Shown here in pieces: positions 22,701 through 33,152 of a stretch of DNA of 64,000 nt. Position numbers and translations under genes: made by a program. The notes under the pieces are model-generated. The model was not told the origin of the DNA. It searched no databases and saw nothing but the letters and a program-made list of their open reading frames with translations. This DNA comes from Chloropicon primus (taxonomy: Eukaryota), in the NCBI GenBank assembly GCA_023205875.1, contig CP060765.1, forward strand, positions 1 through 64,000. Reading direction: 5' to 3'. Numbering within the stretch: position 1 is the stretch's first letter; each line of letters starts with the position of its first letter.

Positions 22701-24120
22701 CAGGCAAGAGTTCTTGAACAAGCTTGAAGTTCTTAACGCCCAGATGTCCGCTTTGAAGGAAGCCCAAACCAAGAACAAGCAGCAGCAGATGGAGCAGATC
22801 AGCGATGCGTCCAAGGCCATGGAGGAGAGCAGGCAGCAGGTCCTCAGCCTTGAGGATGACATCGAATCTCTGAAGCTTGAGATCAAGAACAGGGAGGGCA
22901 GAATCTCTGAGGTGGAGGGACAGCTTCTGGAGGCCGAGTACGTCAGGAGACAGCTCCATAACCAAATTCAGGAGCTCCGCGGTAACGTCAGAGTGTTTTG
23001 CAGGGTCAGACCCTTGAAGGAGCAGTTCACCGAGGCATCTGTTGCTTATGTGGACGATGTCTCCATGAAGCTGACTGCGCCAAGTACCAACAATGGCTCT
23101 CTCAACCCTGAGACCAAGGACTGGCAGTTTGGATTCGACAAGGTGTTCACTGATAAGAGCAGCCAGTCGGATGTTTTCAGTGAAGTCTCCCAGCTTGTGC
23201 AGAGTGCCCTTGACGGTTACAAGGTCTGCCTCTTTAGCTATGGCCAAACTGGAAGTGGAAAGACCCACACTATGCTTGGAGGCCAAGGAGACTCCAAGGG
23301 AATCATCGCGAGGTCCGTTGAGAAGATCATTGAGGCTTCCGAACGCCTGGAGAAGAAGGGCTGGAAGTATTCCATGGAGGCCTGCTTCATCGAAATTTAC
23401 AATGAGACTGTGAGAGACCTTCTGCAGCCTGGAACGGCTCATTCTCAGAAGTATTCCATTCAGAACCCAAAGACCGCAGGCGGTTGCCCCTTCGTGGCCA
23501 ATGTCTTGAGGGAGCCCGTGGACTCTGTGGAGGCCGCGAACTCGCTCGTTAGGAGGGCCTCAGCCGCAAGGGCGGTTGAAGCCACCCAGATGAATGACAC
23601 CAGCAGTAGGAGTCACACCATCTTCATGCTTTACATCACTGGTATCCATAAGGATGCCGGGCAGAAGCTTGAGGGCTGCTTGAACCTCGTTGATCTCGCA
23701 GGTAGCGAGAGGGTGTCAAGGTCTGGTGCAAGTGGCGCGAGGCTCAGAGAGACCTGCGCCATTAACAAGAGTCTGAGCAGCTTGGGAGATGTCTTCACCG
23801 CTATTGGAGCGAAGCAGAAGCACATTCCTTTCAGAAACAGCAAGCTTACACATCTGCTTGCACCTTGTCTGTCCGGCGATGGAAAGACTCTGATGTTTGT
23901 CAACATCAGCCCGGAAGTGAAGGATGCCGAGGAGACTCTCTGCTCCTTGAGGTTTGCGAGCCATGTGAATGCTTGTGAGCTTGGAAGGGGGGCAAGGCGC
24001 AACGTTAAGGCTTTGGAGGAGACCACAAACAAGCCCCCACCAACGCCAGGTAGCATGAAAAAGCCCGCGAGGCGTGTCGCATCCAGGACGGCAACTCGGG
24101 TGTCTAAAGCACGAATTTAA
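16792..24120 (+). CDS. Kinesin-14 family motor (C-terminal motor domain) with a very long coiled-coil stalk
   Basis: 2442-aa ORF; neck RRQLHNQIQELRGNVRVFCRVRP; P-loop GQTGSGKT; SSRSH; DLAGSER; HIPFRNSKLT. Confidence 0.95.
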   Translation: MRTRRQRQLDEEASVGVEGNNENSGVVGHEVAATPLSKKDMLAQWKRTQLETPRRAAGDGQVLDGLASLNGKATREPLGQRDLNLNSSLEQILSSQQKKEAKSSKLAWMEGSNENGDLPAFTTPSRGKQQTASQGNGPSMVDLKARVDVIRRESIMRDVRRESMSGMNPATGLSSLLPQTPNRNLAAMNASAGVGALGDLSMSFPGCLSAAMACFDEETFVKECKAALQCKIRSSRQNPETQRDEAVTIIKSLRRCLKTMFSKKDALSKATVQFEDEVSQMIAEMTLKMQTELDSSRQQSLQQTKELFKDLKDGDAGDNSEMFNERMRKLETLEQHLQKCEKELESERSGMREDERKRAVAEAQSKLNRSMSEVEKRQSQLSIREAELKERRLEWQNMEKEYKLVAEEAEKAKQEQKQIEEQNNFLQKKCTSLESDLMKIQEELSESKDEEFNAQQACSSLQEALETERAAFLEEQKELADKKEVEMKSLEEQLFAQKEQEIKEVEAQMSEESSKLLLLERQTHEKEQAEQLAEFEERLQRTVDNATAEVKSTMEQDFATELKALTEQHTAELEDTLQATRSEMSNRFSQENSSALDQQKETMLAEFNQTMDDKLAEQKSQLQYTFNAEVDLMKDTFEEEKAALQKSLSQKAEEEMLDALSSQESELKAQAQSELESSLDAQMESLKADFAKELEQALADQKLSLSELSSNEMSEMLQNQKESLEAFATEQMDKALAELTEQLTSEKNAALSALQETLEQQSREALVKAVGSKTSEAEAALSSMKEEYANEVTCLKEEHANEVTCLKEEHANEITCLKEDLTQAAAEEKARVIELERSSAEAKLSEAKVAFETQAIKDRDVAVSEMKQALQTSFDERIQLAKDSYQQEKIKLLFEQKQVVEKTMGSKTKDALKEQESELRQEFEDELNSALSRQKKELETFAAEHETDTISSLRKELLSEKNAALSALQETLEQQSREALEKAVGSKTSEAEAALSSMKEEYANEIACLKEDLTQAAAEEKARVIELERSSAEAKLSEAKVAFETQAIKDRDVAVSEMKQALQTSFDERIQLAKDSYQQEKIKLLFEQKQVVEKTMGSKTKDALKEQESELRQEFEDELNSALSRQKKELETFAAEHETDTISSLRKELLSEKNAALSALQETLEQQSREALEKAVGSKTSEAEAALSSMKEEYANEIACLKEEHANEITCLKEDLTQAAAEEKARVIELERSSAEAKLSEAKVSAELQAAKDRADALGNMKESMEAALAEQVAAVEATCESAKEKALEQQKLMLEQEGARMLSEALSKKESELELEHNTSLQNALEKQRIEIEDRNSVENTGSMSELRKTLEAEFKERLTSNLHEQQAKLMHDFNMKLEAELKGQKFQLGQQHQQDLDDMISNLEREMKDTFEEEKAALQKSLSQKAEEEMLDALSSQESELKAQAQSELESSLDAQMESLKADFAKELEQALADQKLSLSELSSNEMSEMLQNQKESLEAFATEQMDKALAELTEQLTSEKNAALSALQETLEQQSREALVKAVGSKTSEAEAALSSMKEEYANEVTCLKEEHANEITCLKEDLTQAAAEEKARVIELERSSAEAKLSEAKVEFEELAAKQRADALGNMKESMEAALAEQVAAVEATCESVKEKALEQQKLMLEQEGARMLSEALSKKESELELEHNTSLQNALEKQKLDMSAEAEAQMAKALEDQKSELDNNSSAELEKELCNLRDQMQCEMENLLAKSEALYENKLKELGQKQKLLLEETLQFREDELRAEAEAYHSAEVESLKARLESDFQAEKNTALEELKVELNEMFSTNMESKVKELTAEMSTAHETALKGQKDALMLEFNESKEKALAELQAKLESEAKKDKESALEALKKELFDSTISVLNKKIEELEESRTQHAAELDKMNVRLQGALAALQSEKEEVSSLQQQAAEMTKDHVLKVDELTASLDDVRKDRQEFLNKLEVLNAQMSALKEAQTKNKQQQMEQISDASKAMEESRQQVLSLEDDIESLKLEIKNREGRISEVEGQLLEAEYVRRQLHNQIQELRGNVRVFCRVRPLKEQFTEASVAYVDDVSMKLTAPSTNNGSLNPETKDWQFGFDKVFTDKSSQSDVFSEVSQLVQSALDGYKVCLFSYGQTGSGKTHTMLGGQGDSKGIIARSVEKIIEASERLEKKGWKYSMEACFIEIYNETVRDLLQPGTAHSQKYSIQNPKTAGGCPFVANVLREPVDSVEAANSLVRRASAARAVEATQMNDTSSRSHTIFMLYITGIHKDAGQKLEGCLNLVDLAGSERVSRSGASGARLRETCAINKSLSSLGDVFTAIGAKQKHIPFRNSKLTHLLAPCLSGDGKTLMFVNISPEVKDAEETLCSLRFASHVNACELGRGARRNVKALEETTNKPPPTPGSMKKPARRVASRTATRVSKARI

Positions 24121-24201
24121 GCCTTCTGGCCTAGAAGCGATTGTACTATATATATGATTACGAAGTTTACATATGAAGACAGAAGGGTTACCGACGCTCG
24201 A

Positions 24202-25566
24202 CTACTCAGTCTTGCTCTTTTTGAGCTCCGTCATTGCCCTCTCCACCAGCTTTCCCAACCCCCCGCCACTCTCTTTGATGGCCTTGCGCACTTTCTTCGC
24301 TTCCTCCGAGGTCTCCTTTTTTCTCTTCTTGCTCAACGGAGCTGCTGGGGTTTCAACCTCCATGTCGTCAGTCTTGCAGCCTTCCAGACCGCACATCTGC
24401 TGCGCCCACGCAAACTCCCTCATCGTTTCTGTCTTGCTGGCCTGCAGGTAGACGGGAAACTTCCACTTCTTCTTCTCTGGAAGTTCGCCCATCTTCTCCT
24501 CGGCGTATACCCCCAAGCTTTTCTCCAGCTTCTTGCCGTGATCCTCGGGGTAAAGGCTGCGCAGGACGTCCACGACAGACTTGTTCGCATCCACGAAGAC
24601 CCTGTTGAGCTCCGGGTAGTAGTGAAAACTGATCGTGTCCACCGCCCCCTTGGCCCCGGCGGGGAGGAGAGACACCTTCACGGACAGCGGGTGCGTCACC
24701 ACCGTGAGGCCCTTTCGGAAGGCCTGGTGCTGTTGCTTATTTCCAAGGTTGTCCCCGCCGCCCTCCGATCGGTCGAAGCACAAATCGTCGGAAAGGTACT
24801 CCTGGAGGTCGGCCGACGTCCCCTCTATGGAAGCGCACCACTCCCTCGGGCCCTCGACCGCGGCCGCCTGCGCCAACAATATCTGCAGGGGCATGGGAAG
24901 ATACTGGTCAAAGGTGGACTTGGAGATACCCGCTCGGTGCTTGGACCTCTCGAAGAGCCTCTGTATCCGGGCCACGCCCTCCTTCTGCAGAGCGACTTCC
25001 TTGACGAAGAGAGACTCGAGCTTCTCGTTCTCGTCCAGTTCCAACTGCTCCTCCTCCTTCTTCGCGCTCAACTCCCTGAACGTCTCGACAAGAGCGTTCC
25101 TCTGCTTCTTCTCCTCCACCAGCTGGGCCTTGTACTCCTTGCACCGCTCGTCCAGCTGCGTCACTTGACTCAAGTCGTTCTCCTCCACGTCCAAGTCAGC
25201 GCTCGTGTACTTGCTCTTGTTCGCCAACGTACGCTTCACCCTCGTCGTGTAATGGTTCAGGATGTACTTGCTGCTCCCGAGAGCCTCGGACTCCGAGTGG
25301 AGCTTCGAGCGAGCCAACGAGCTCGAACACGCCGAGCGAGATACCTCTCCGACGGCTCTCTTGAACTTCATCCCGAGGCTCACCAGTTGGATCTCCGCTC
25401 GCCGGGCGAGAACTCCAAACCTTTCCTCGTGTTCTCCTCCAGGTGAGGTTGTTGCGGTACCGGTGTCGGTGCCGGTGGCGGTGCAAAGGGACACCATCTC
25501 CTTCGCCACATCCCTCAACTCCTGTAATGACACTCTCCACTCCTCCCTCTCCTCCATCTTCACCAT
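24202..25566 (-). CDS. THOC5: THO complex subunit 5 (FMIP)-like
   Basis: Coiled-coil N-half; LPMPLQIL, HPLSV, F.YYPELNRV.V, LYPEDHG and FAWAQQMCG resemble THOC5 motifs; ATG at 25566. Confidence 0.65.
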   Translation of the reverse strand: MVKMEEREEWRVSLQELRDVAKEMVSLCTATGTDTGTATTSPGGEHEERFGVLARRAEIQLVSLGMKFKRAVGEVSRSACSSSLARSKLHSESEALGSSKYILNHYTTRVKRTLANKSKYTSADLDVEENDLSQVTQLDERCKEYKAQLVEEKKQRNALVETFRELSAKKEEEQLELDENEKLESLFVKEVALQKEGVARIQRLFERSKHRAGISKSTFDQYLPMPLQILLAQAAAVEGPREWCASIEGTSADLQEYLSDDLCFDRSEGGGDNLGNKQQHQAFRKGLTVVTHPLSVKVSLLPAGAKGAVDTISFHYYPELNRVFVDANKSVVDVLRSLYPEDHGKKLEKSLGVYAEEKMGELPEKKKWKFPVYLQASKTETMREFAWAQQMCGLEGCKTDDMEVETPAAPLSKKRKKETSEEAKKVRKAIKESGGGLGKLVERAMTELKKSKTE

Positions 25567-27025
25567 CGTCGCCTTCCTCCTTTCTGGCTCTGGCTCGGAT
25601 CGGACGGAGGGGACGAGGGATGGCGAGGGATGGCGAGGGATGGCGATGGTGGAGGGGGAGGGCAAGGGGAGGAGCAAGGTAAGACACGGCATGGATGGAT
25701 CCCTTGTCTCTTCCTCTTTCCAAAGAGCCCTCACTTGACACGATGGAGAATGATGGAAAGAGAGGGGAGAGGGGGAGGGGGAGGGGGAGGGGTACACTCT
25801 CCCAGCCTCGGGTGTGGGAGAGGGGTGGATGCCACCGGAAGGGGCACGGGACAGGAGGGTGCAGAGCTTTCGATGGGGACTGTCACTTGCCAGGATGATG
25901 CCTGTCCAGGGCATCAGGAATCCTGAATTCAAGGGGGATGCAGGGACAAGGTGAGGGAGCGGCTGCACGGGGCGCACGAGGGGGCGAGGGCGGGGGGCCT
26001 CGTCCCAAGCACTTGGTGAAGTGTGATCGAAGAGAGGGCGCCAGTCGGCGTGGATGCGACGCTTGATCGATCTTTTGCTGACACGACTTGACCCCTCTTT
26101 GCCCATCAGACTAATGTGTTGGCTTGTGTCACACTCTTGCTCCAGTGCAACGAGAACACAAGACTATTTTTATGAAATAATAATGAAAAAAAAATAACAG
26201 TAAGGATTCGAAGTTCCTCCTCGAGGTCTTGGAGCTCCTTTCCTCCGTTGGCATTATTTTTTCCCGACGCGCGGGTCCCTCTATGGCGCCGCCAATCGCT
26301 CGACTTGTCCCGCATCGAGCTGCAAACCTGTCGGGAAAATAACAAAAAAAAACTTTCATGGAAGCCCACTCGTTCGCTGGAGCGGCTTTCCCTTGCGCCC
26401 CGCGTGCAAGAACAAATAAAGGCGAGTCCTTTGGACACCTCAAGCGGTTTTCTCCCTCGTGATCGCTTCGAGGCGCTCCCCATTGTCGCCCACCGACAGC
26501 AAAAGCCGTTCCGTTTCAGGCTTGCTCCTTTCACTCGGGACTCTGCAGCCGCTTGCTGCTGTGAAGAAAAAGAGAGAGAGTGGGGGGAGAGGGAGAGAAA
26601 GAGAGATGCTGCTGCCACTGCTTCTGTCCCTAATGACGACGATGCCTCCGATGGTAGTTGCTCTCCTTTCTTCTAGCATCCCCCTTGAAGGAAAGTTTCC
26701 CTTCTTCTTCTTGCACAGGTTCTTGTTCTTGGGCTCCAGCAACAGCCGAAGAACGAAGAGACAACCAATCAACCAAACAAACAAGGAGAGAGAGAGAGAG
26801 AAAGAAAGGGATGCAGACGACGGCAATCCTTCAAAAGTTCTCAAGCTGCCCTCCTCTCTCCTTCCTTGCTCTTGCTCTAGCTCTGGTCTCTCTCTCTCTC
26901 TCTCTCTCGATGCCGATGGATCGTCGATCGGTTTCACTGAGCAACTTTTCTCTTCGTGCTCGCCCGTTAATGTTTGCTCGTTTCGGCTCTCTGCTCTGCA
27001 GCCGTCGGTCCGCGTTGACGGAGCC

Positions 27026-29464
27026 ATGACGGTGCGGCACGTGAGGGCGTGCGCGAGCAAAGTGCCGAGGGATGCCGCCGTCGGTAACACATGCAAGGTT
27101 CCCTTGGGCGCCATCGTCTCGCCCTTCCTCTCCAACAAGAAAACGCCAATGCCCATGATGCCATGGCAGGGAAAGAGGTTGGGGAGTGGTGTGAGGTGCG
27201 TGAGGTGCCGAGCGATGGCGTCGAGGTATTGCCACGTCGCGGAGGACAGGGTGACGTGGAGGTGCGCCTTGTGTGGACAACAGAACAAAGTCAAGGAAGC
27301 GGATGCCTCCAGACTCCTCCTCATGCAAACAAACCATGACAACGGCGACGACGAGGAAAACCATGGCAGTGTCAGTGTCATGGAGTGGGTCAGTGACGCT
27401 TCGGTCTCGGTGAAGGTGAGGAGGACACTCGTGCTCCTCATTGACGTGACGCTGGACGCGGACCATTTCGAGATGCTTCGTGTGGGTCTGTTGGACTTCC
27501 TGGGCAAAGTTCTCGGCAACAAGGATGGACCCTCGAGGCTGGCCATGGCGAGCTTCGGATCAGTGGCGACTCTGTATCACCTCGGGGAGGAGGAGGGGGG
27601 CGAGGAGGCGACGACGTCCTCGGTGGTGGAAGGGGATGCGTTTCCTGTGAGCCTGCAGGGCTGCATTGGGGGGGAGGAAGGCCAGAGGGGTCTGGCGGTG
27701 GCGACGTTGGAGGCCAACCTTCAGAGGTACTTCCTCGAGGTGAATAGGACGGAGGGAGGGGGCGTGAGCTCCGGGGAGAGGGAGAGGGTGCTGAGGAGGG
27801 TGGAGCGGACGCTGAGGGCCATAAGTCCGTTCTCATCGCGGAGGAATACCCCGAATCACGAGAGGCCGAGGTGTCTCGTGGGGAGTCTGAGCTTGGTGAG
27901 CAAGGCGATCAAGATGTGCGAGTGGTCCTTGGACGACGGCCAGCAGGGCGGGCTGGGTGGGTCGAACCAGAACTTGACGAGCATCATGGTAGTCGGCGGC
28001 GGGAACTGCACCAAGGGGCCGGGGTCCATCCCCTCGGAGGATCACCCCAAGTTCATTCATTTGGAGAGGGAGGCCCTCTCCTTCATCGAGGAGCTGGCGG
28101 AGTTTTTGACGGAGAGGAGCGTCGTTGTGGACATCTTCGGTGCTGGCCACGTCTCCCTGGACGTTCCTTGCCTCTACCCACTGACGCAGAACACGGGGGG
28201 CTGCTTGATGATGTACGAGACCTTTGGAAAAGACCTGTTCGCGGCTTTGGAGTCCGCTTACAACAGGTTTATTGGGACGAGTGCCGTGATGGACTTCCAC
28301 TTGAGCGCCGACCACTTCAACGTGGATCAGATCGTCGGGCCAATCAAGCCAGTCTCGGCGAAGAACAGGAGGAGGGCGATTGCGGAGGGCAACGGTGGAA
28401 GCAGCGGGGGTGGTGGGTCTCTGCTGAGCGACAATGCCGTGGAACTCACGAGCGTAGAATATGATCACGGGATCACCCTTTCCCTCTCCATGAGGGCTGA
28501 CATACCGGGCGACAGCACCTTCTTCCAGGTGGAGGTGTGGTACGCTTCTCTCGACGGGTGCTGGCGGCACAGGGTGATCACCTCGAGGATATCGGTCACA
28601 AGCAGTGGCAGGGAGTTCATCCTCTCGGTGGATCCCCTCGCCGTCGGGGTCACGCTGGCGAAGAAGGCGATGGTGGACATCAGGAAGGCAAAGTACTCGC
28701 GCAAGGTCGTGGATGGCGTGAAGAAAGATTTAGCAGATCGCATCTATGACATTGCGAGGAACTTCAGCCCCAAGGTTCGCGGTGATTCAGGCGGAATCGT
28801 CGCACGATTCTTCTCCAAGCCCACTTGCTTGCTGAAAGAGGAGCTGGCGATTCTTGCGGAGTTCGTGTACCACCTCGGGAGGACGGTCGCCTTCACCGAG
28901 AACGCTCACAGGGACGAGAAGACGTGTTTTGTGGCCCACTTCCTTCGCTGCGGCGTCGAATCCTGCGCTCGGATGGTTTGGCCACGGTGCCTGACCCTCG
29001 GCCCTCAAGGCCCGGTCGCTCTCCCTGCGGCGGACATCGCGTTGCAGATGGAGCAGCACTTTCTCATGGACTGCGGCTTGGATTGCTTCGTGTGGGTCAA
29101 GTCAAACAGCGCGGTGGGATCCACTGCGGTGGGGGACAGGGAGAGGTCCATCCTAGCGAAGTACAACGAGTACATGTGGCATTTCATGCTCAGGGGCCGG
29201 TTCCCCGCCCCCGAGATGCATCTGTGCATGGAAGGCACTGGGAACGCGAGGTACCTCCAATCCAGGCTCATTCCCACGAGGCAAGACACCCCGGAGGAGC
29301 AGGCGGACCAAGTGAGGGGCCTGGGGAGCTTGGAGCCAGGGCTCAGGAATGCTCACATCACAAGCCTGGTTTCATCCTTTCACTGCACGGACGAGCCCAG
29401 CTTCAGGGAGTGGTGCAGGCAGACCAGCCTGTCTTGCGGGAGTCAGGCGCTCGGCATCCTGTAA
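27026..29464 (+). CDS. Sec23/Sec24-family protein
   Basis: VPLGAIVSPF; CxxC...WRCALC zinc finger; trunk LLIDVT, GGNCTKGPGSI; gelsolin-like LMDCG and RFPAP; ARYLQSRLIP. Confidence 0.85.
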   Translation: MTVRHVRACASKVPRDAAVGNTCKVPLGAIVSPFLSNKKTPMPMMPWQGKRLGSGVRCVRCRAMASRYCHVAEDRVTWRCALCGQQNKVKEADASRLLLMQTNHDNGDDEENHGSVSVMEWVSDASVSVKVRRTLVLLIDVTLDADHFEMLRVGLLDFLGKVLGNKDGPSRLAMASFGSVATLYHLGEEEGGEEATTSSVVEGDAFPVSLQGCIGGEEGQRGLAVATLEANLQRYFLEVNRTEGGGVSSGERERVLRRVERTLRAISPFSSRRNTPNHERPRCLVGSLSLVSKAIKMCEWSLDDGQQGGLGGSNQNLTSIMVVGGGNCTKGPGSIPSEDHPKFIHLEREALSFIEELAEFLTERSVVVDIFGAGHVSLDVPCLYPLTQNTGGCLMMYETFGKDLFAALESAYNRFIGTSAVMDFHLSADHFNVDQIVGPIKPVSAKNRRRAIAEGNGGSSGGGGSLLSDNAVELTSVEYDHGITLSLSMRADIPGDSTFFQVEVWYASLDGCWRHRVITSRISVTSSGREFILSVDPLAVGVTLAKKAMVDIRKAKYSRKVVDGVKKDLADRIYDIARNFSPKVRGDSGGIVARFFSKPTCLLKEELAILAEFVYHLGRTVAFTENAHRDEKTCFVAHFLRCGVESCARMVWPRCLTLGPQGPVALPAADIALQMEQHFLMDCGLDCFVWVKSNSAVGSTAVGDRERSILAKYNEYMWHFMLRGRFPAPEMHLCMEGTGNARYLQSRLIPTRQDTPEEQADQVRGLGSLEPGLRNAHITSLVSSFHCTDEPSFREWCRQTSLSCGSQALGIL

Positions 29465-29582
29465 AGAAAGCTGATTTGTATCTGTAAAATAATTTTGGGT
29501 AGAGATATGTTACAAAACTGGTTTTGGCTATTGATACACCGATGTTGTTTCAAGAATACGAGTAGTAGCAGGATGGAAGCAT

Positions 29583-31259
29583 TCACTTGTCCTTCTTCTT
29601 CTTCTTGTCTTTCTTTTCCTTCTTTTCCTTCTTTTCCTTCTTCTTCTTCTTCTTCTCCTTCTTCTCCTCGTCGTCACTCGAGTCATCGTCTCTGGACCTC
29701 TTCTTCTTGTCCTTGCCGTTCGACTGCATGTCGTCCGCCTGCGAGAAGCTCTTCGTGTCCACGTCCATGTCGAGCTTGGTGCTCTGTCCCGTTGGTCCGT
29801 CCTGGGCAGGGAACTGGAAGGACTTGCCTTCGAGCTGCCTCAGCCTCATCTCTACCTTGGCCCTCGACTCGAGGCCGATGGAGGTGTCTGGGTCATCCCC
29901 GAGGGCATCCACTCTGACAGCGAGCGCCGCCTTGGCGGCCAGAACCCTGGAGATCTTTCCCTTGTTCTTTGGCGCGCTCTGGCCGACCAAAGAGGCGTGG
30001 TAGATCAGACCGTACTTTGGGGTCTCGTGCTTGGTCTTCAAGGCCCTGAAGAGAGCCTTCTCCGCTCCCAGGATCTGGACGGTACTGGCGGGGTGCTTGG
30101 CCAAGTTCATGAGGGAGCCGGCGTGGGCAATGAGCCGCGCGCCCACAAGCTCGCCGACCATCACGGTCAAGTTGGGTGCCACCGAGGACATCCTGCTCTT
30201 GAGGTAGTCGTACAGCTGGCCCCTGTAATCGGCGAGGTCCACGACCTGCTCGCAGAGCTGCTTGATGTGCATCAGGTCGACGTCAGAAATCTCAGTTCCC
30301 ATGCTCATTGGCGCCTGCTCCTTGAGCTGCTCCTCCACCTCCTCGGAGATGATGTCAGAGAACTCGCAGTCCCCGCAGTTGTTCTTGGTTCCCATCCTGT
30401 GCGCAACCTTGGCGTACTGAATGTTGTCCTGGATGATCTTGGTCATCTCAGGAAAGTGCCAGCCGTACCACTCCCTCACACGCATGGCGTACGTGTTCAG
30501 CTCCTTGTCCAAGTCGTCCAGCAGCCCAATGGCCTGGATGATCATCGTGTCCACCTTGTCGGGGGAGAACTTGAGCTTGAAGCGGGACAGGGAGTGGCCG
30601 AGACCCAAAGACATGGGCTTGAGGTCCACCTCCTTATCGTCCGAGCCTCCAAGAAGGGTCCCGATCTCGCTCCTGATCGCGCGCATCATCTCGCCCACCG
30701 CTCCGGACGCCTGGCAATCCAAATCCAGCTTCTCCTTGATCAAGTTTCCAAGCTTCGCATCCGCAACGCAGAGCGTCTCCTTCGAGTCACAATTCTTCTG
30801 CAAGAACTGCGAATCCATCCATCCATCGCAGAGGAGAAGAACAACCAATGCCCACGTTCGATTCATCAATCAATCGATCGTCAGTAAAGAGCAATCGCCA
30901 GGAAAGATCAGGAAGGGAAGGGAAGGAAAGCGAATGAATGAATGAATGAATGAATGAATGAATGAAGGGCCAAGGAATGGCCCAGGTCTTCGTCTTCGTT
31001 CTCCTCTTGTCGTGACGTGTGTCGTGGTGTTCTGTTGTGATGCGTTGCGTTGCGTTGGGCTGCGTACCTTCTTAATCGGTTTTGTGAGTTTGGAATCGGA
31101 GATGGCAGTCGCCGCCTCGAGTGCGGCGGTAGTGTCCTCGAAGGCACTGAACTTCTTCAACTTGACAGCCTTTTCGAGACTCTTTCCCTTTTCGAGCTTC
31201 TTCTCGTCCAGCACCTTGAACAGCGCCAAACCGGCTGGAGACTCAAATAACAACAACAT
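29583..31259 (-). CDS. NOP58: Nucleolar protein NOP58 (box C/D snoRNP), 2 exons (31259-31068, 30806-29583)
   Basis: [65 protein letters not shown] tail; GT-AG intron 30807-31067. Confidence 0.95.
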
Positions 31260-31669
31260 GATGCTCTCCTCTCGTGTATATCCTCCTCGTGCTTGTGTCC
31301 ACCTCGTTCTCTGTCGTGCCTCGTGCCTCCTCGACGGCTCGGGTTGGCGTCGCTCTGCTCTTCTCCTCCGCGGTTTTCTTTGGGCTTTGCGCCGCCGCCT
31401 CATGAGGAGTGTACCAGGACGTACACCTTTAAAACAACACCCCCTTGCCATCCGCAGCATAACGGGCGAGCACGAGGGCGAACCAGGACGAGCACGAGAG
31501 AGGAAAAGAAGAGGGCGGGAGCGCGAGGAGGAGGAAGAGAGAGAGGCGGGGGACAAGAAAAAAAAAAAGAACAAACGTCTCTTCATCTTTCGAAAGAGCC
31601 GTCGCTCGAAAGAAACGGTGCTCTGGTGAGAATCGTCTGAGGAGCACGGGCACACGGACGGACGTGATC

Positions 31670-32632
31670 ATGATGGAGGAGACGAGGGAGAGCAAGAGGC
31701 AGAGGACGGAGGGAAGGGATGCACTGGACGTGCTTCCGGAGTGGGCATGGCTCCTTGTCTTCAAACAGCTGCCCGACTACGAGCATATCGCCTTCGCCTT
31801 GACCTGCAGAGCGTTCCTCGAGGCGGTGACGACGACGGCGACGGCGACGGAGGCGAACCCTGAGCAGAAGGTTGCTCTGGAGACGGATCTGTCGCAAGAG
31901 AAGTTGTTCAAGGAGATGCCTTGCTTCAGCATGGATTGGTTCCAGTGGGTGTTTCGGTCGCTCGAAAGGAAGAAGGGAGTGGCGGGCTTTTGGAGATTGT
32001 GAAAGTACTACTACCACTTGTACGACTCCGACCTGATGTACCTCGCCGCTTTCCAGGGCAGCAAGAAGGTGATCAAGTGGTTGGTGAGCCAAGGGATCCC
32101 TTTGAAGATCAAGCGCAAGTATCGTGGAATGGTAGCAGCTACAGGAGCCGCTGGGGGCGGCCACATTGACTTGCTCGAATGGTTGAAGAGCGAGAGGTGC
32201 GGGTTTAATGAAGAGACTTGTTCTTATGCAGCTCGGGGAGGTCACCTTGCTGTTCTGCAGTGGCTTCGAAGCCAGGACCCGCTTTGTGGTTGGAACAAGG
32301 CTACTTGTTCTAATGCAGCTCAAGGAGGTCACCTTGGTGTTCTGCAGTGGCTTCGAAGCCAGGACCCGCCTTGCCCTTGGGACGACGAGACTTGTTCTTG
32401 GGCAGCTAAAGGAGGCCACCTTCACGTTCTGCAGTGGCTTCGAAGTCAGGACCCGCCTTGCCGTTGGGACCAGGAGACTTGTTTAGAGGCAGCTAAAGGA
32501 GGTCACCTCGACGTTCTGCAGTGGCTTCGAAGCCAGGACCCGCCTTGCCCTTGGAACGTTTGGGAATGCGGAATCAAAGCAGCGTCCTTTAACCACCAGC
32601 ACGTCATCGAATGGATCGATGCCAATTCTTAA
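31670..32632 (+). pseudogene. Ankyrin-like repeat protein with F-box-like N-terminus, interrupted by an in-frame TGA at 32000-32002
   Basis: ORFs 31664-32002 and 32018-32632 are in the same frame; repeats of AAxGGHLxVLQWLRSQDPPCPW; LDVLPEWAWLLVF at the N-terminus. Confidence 0.65.
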
Positions 32633-33152
32633 CCAAGACAATGTCTCACGACGAACCTGTCATCGACCTTCGCTTTCCTTCCTGGTTCCTCCTCCTTTCT
32701 CCTCTCTGTTTCTTTCTCTTCCGGTGGATTTCTCCCTTCCGCTGAACCATCATAACGGCCGAGCACGCGGGCGAACGAGGACGAGACGAGAGAGAGACGA
32801 GAGAGAGACGAGAGAGAGAGAGAGAGAAAGGACGAGGACTGGGGCCAACGAGAACGGATCAATTGGGTTGGAGAAGAATTCAGGACAAGAAGCAGTTTCC
32901 TGTGTGACCACCGCTTCGTCTTGGTCTTCGCCGTCGCAGTGGCCTGGCCTGGCCGGGCGTCGAAGAGACCTGCTCCCGCCGGGGACAATGAGAGGACGGT
33001 GCGGTGGTCAAGTCGGGTTCTCCCCCCTCCTCTTGCTGTTCGGAAAACAATATTTTTTTATTTTTGCGCAATTTTCATTCTATTACACAAGAAAAACGTT
33101 TTGAGCACGGCGCGCGCCCCCGCCGTCGTTTGTTCGCTTGTCGTCGCGCGTT

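Noticed and set aside
25790..26106. N-terminal extension of the THOC5 ORF, or an RNase MRP-like RNA (gacagtcccc on the minus strand)
   Set aside because: The extension looks like non-coding low-complexity sequence, and the RNA motif match is partial with no convincing partner motif. An Rfam search would be needed.
30807..31067. Intronic box C/D snoRNA in NOP58
   Set aside because: A TGATGA is present on the sense strand but no downstream CTGA box D or terminal stem; the intron is mostly simple repeats.
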